Shown here: positions 30,317 to 30,358 of the stretch, in pieces
Layout: each line of letters begins with the position of its first letter
How positions within the stretch are numbered: position 1 is the first letter of the stretch
Virus record (IMG/VR): IMGVR_UViG_3300029267_003506
Direction: 5' to 3' (one strand)
Origin: a virus
Lineage: Duplodnaviria; Heunggongvirae; Uroviricota; Caudoviricetes
DNA: 30,358 nt
Made by a program: the position numbers and the translations under genes
The notes under the pieces: model-generated
Databases searched by the model: none
The model's input: the letters and a program-made list of their open reading frames with translations, nothing else
Told to the model about the DNA's origin: nothing

Positions 30317-30358
30317 GGTGCCTCCCAATCCACGACAGTGCAGTGCCATTTTACCATT

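Noticed and set aside
1-30358. tRNA, rRNA, integrase/att sites and virion hallmark genes
   Set aside because: No cloverleaf with T-loop GTTC and CCA, and no recognisable recombinase, capsid, portal or terminase motifs were seen by eye.

Overview
The window looks like an accessory region of a large bacteriophage or phage-like element. It has dense, short, translationally coupled ORFs with GGAG/GAGG ribosome-binding sites and standard code 11. No capsid, terminase or polymerase hallmark gene is present, so the viral origin is inferred. Three paralogue expansions dominate. (1) Seventeen MORN-variant (YwqK-like) beta-hairpin repeat genes: a 9-gene minus-strand array (13471-19274), a divergent 6-gene plus-strand array (21127-23868), one further copy and one split copy. 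They are built from constant caps plus reshuffled 23-aa/69-nt modules. (2) About 19 small Cys/His proteins or fragments with the motif MLxKxxCxxC..W..C..PPxxCPYxLEH, some fused to or recombined with other genes. (3) A family sharing an N-terminal MDERRVAAELVKLAKEL leader, a common upstream motif and, in two cases, a covarying structured 3' element. Recognisable enzymes and domains are a BCS1-like AAA ATPase, an N6-adenine DNA methyltransferase, an RNA ligase, a MazG-like domain, an ISL3-like Zn-finger/HTH fragment, a ParB-like protein and a possible His-less HPr-like domain. There are also two candidate pseudoknotted or kissing-loop ncRNAs and a strand-skew switch at a repeat-rich intergenic region (candidate origin). 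All family assignments come from motif recognition by eye; no database search was run.
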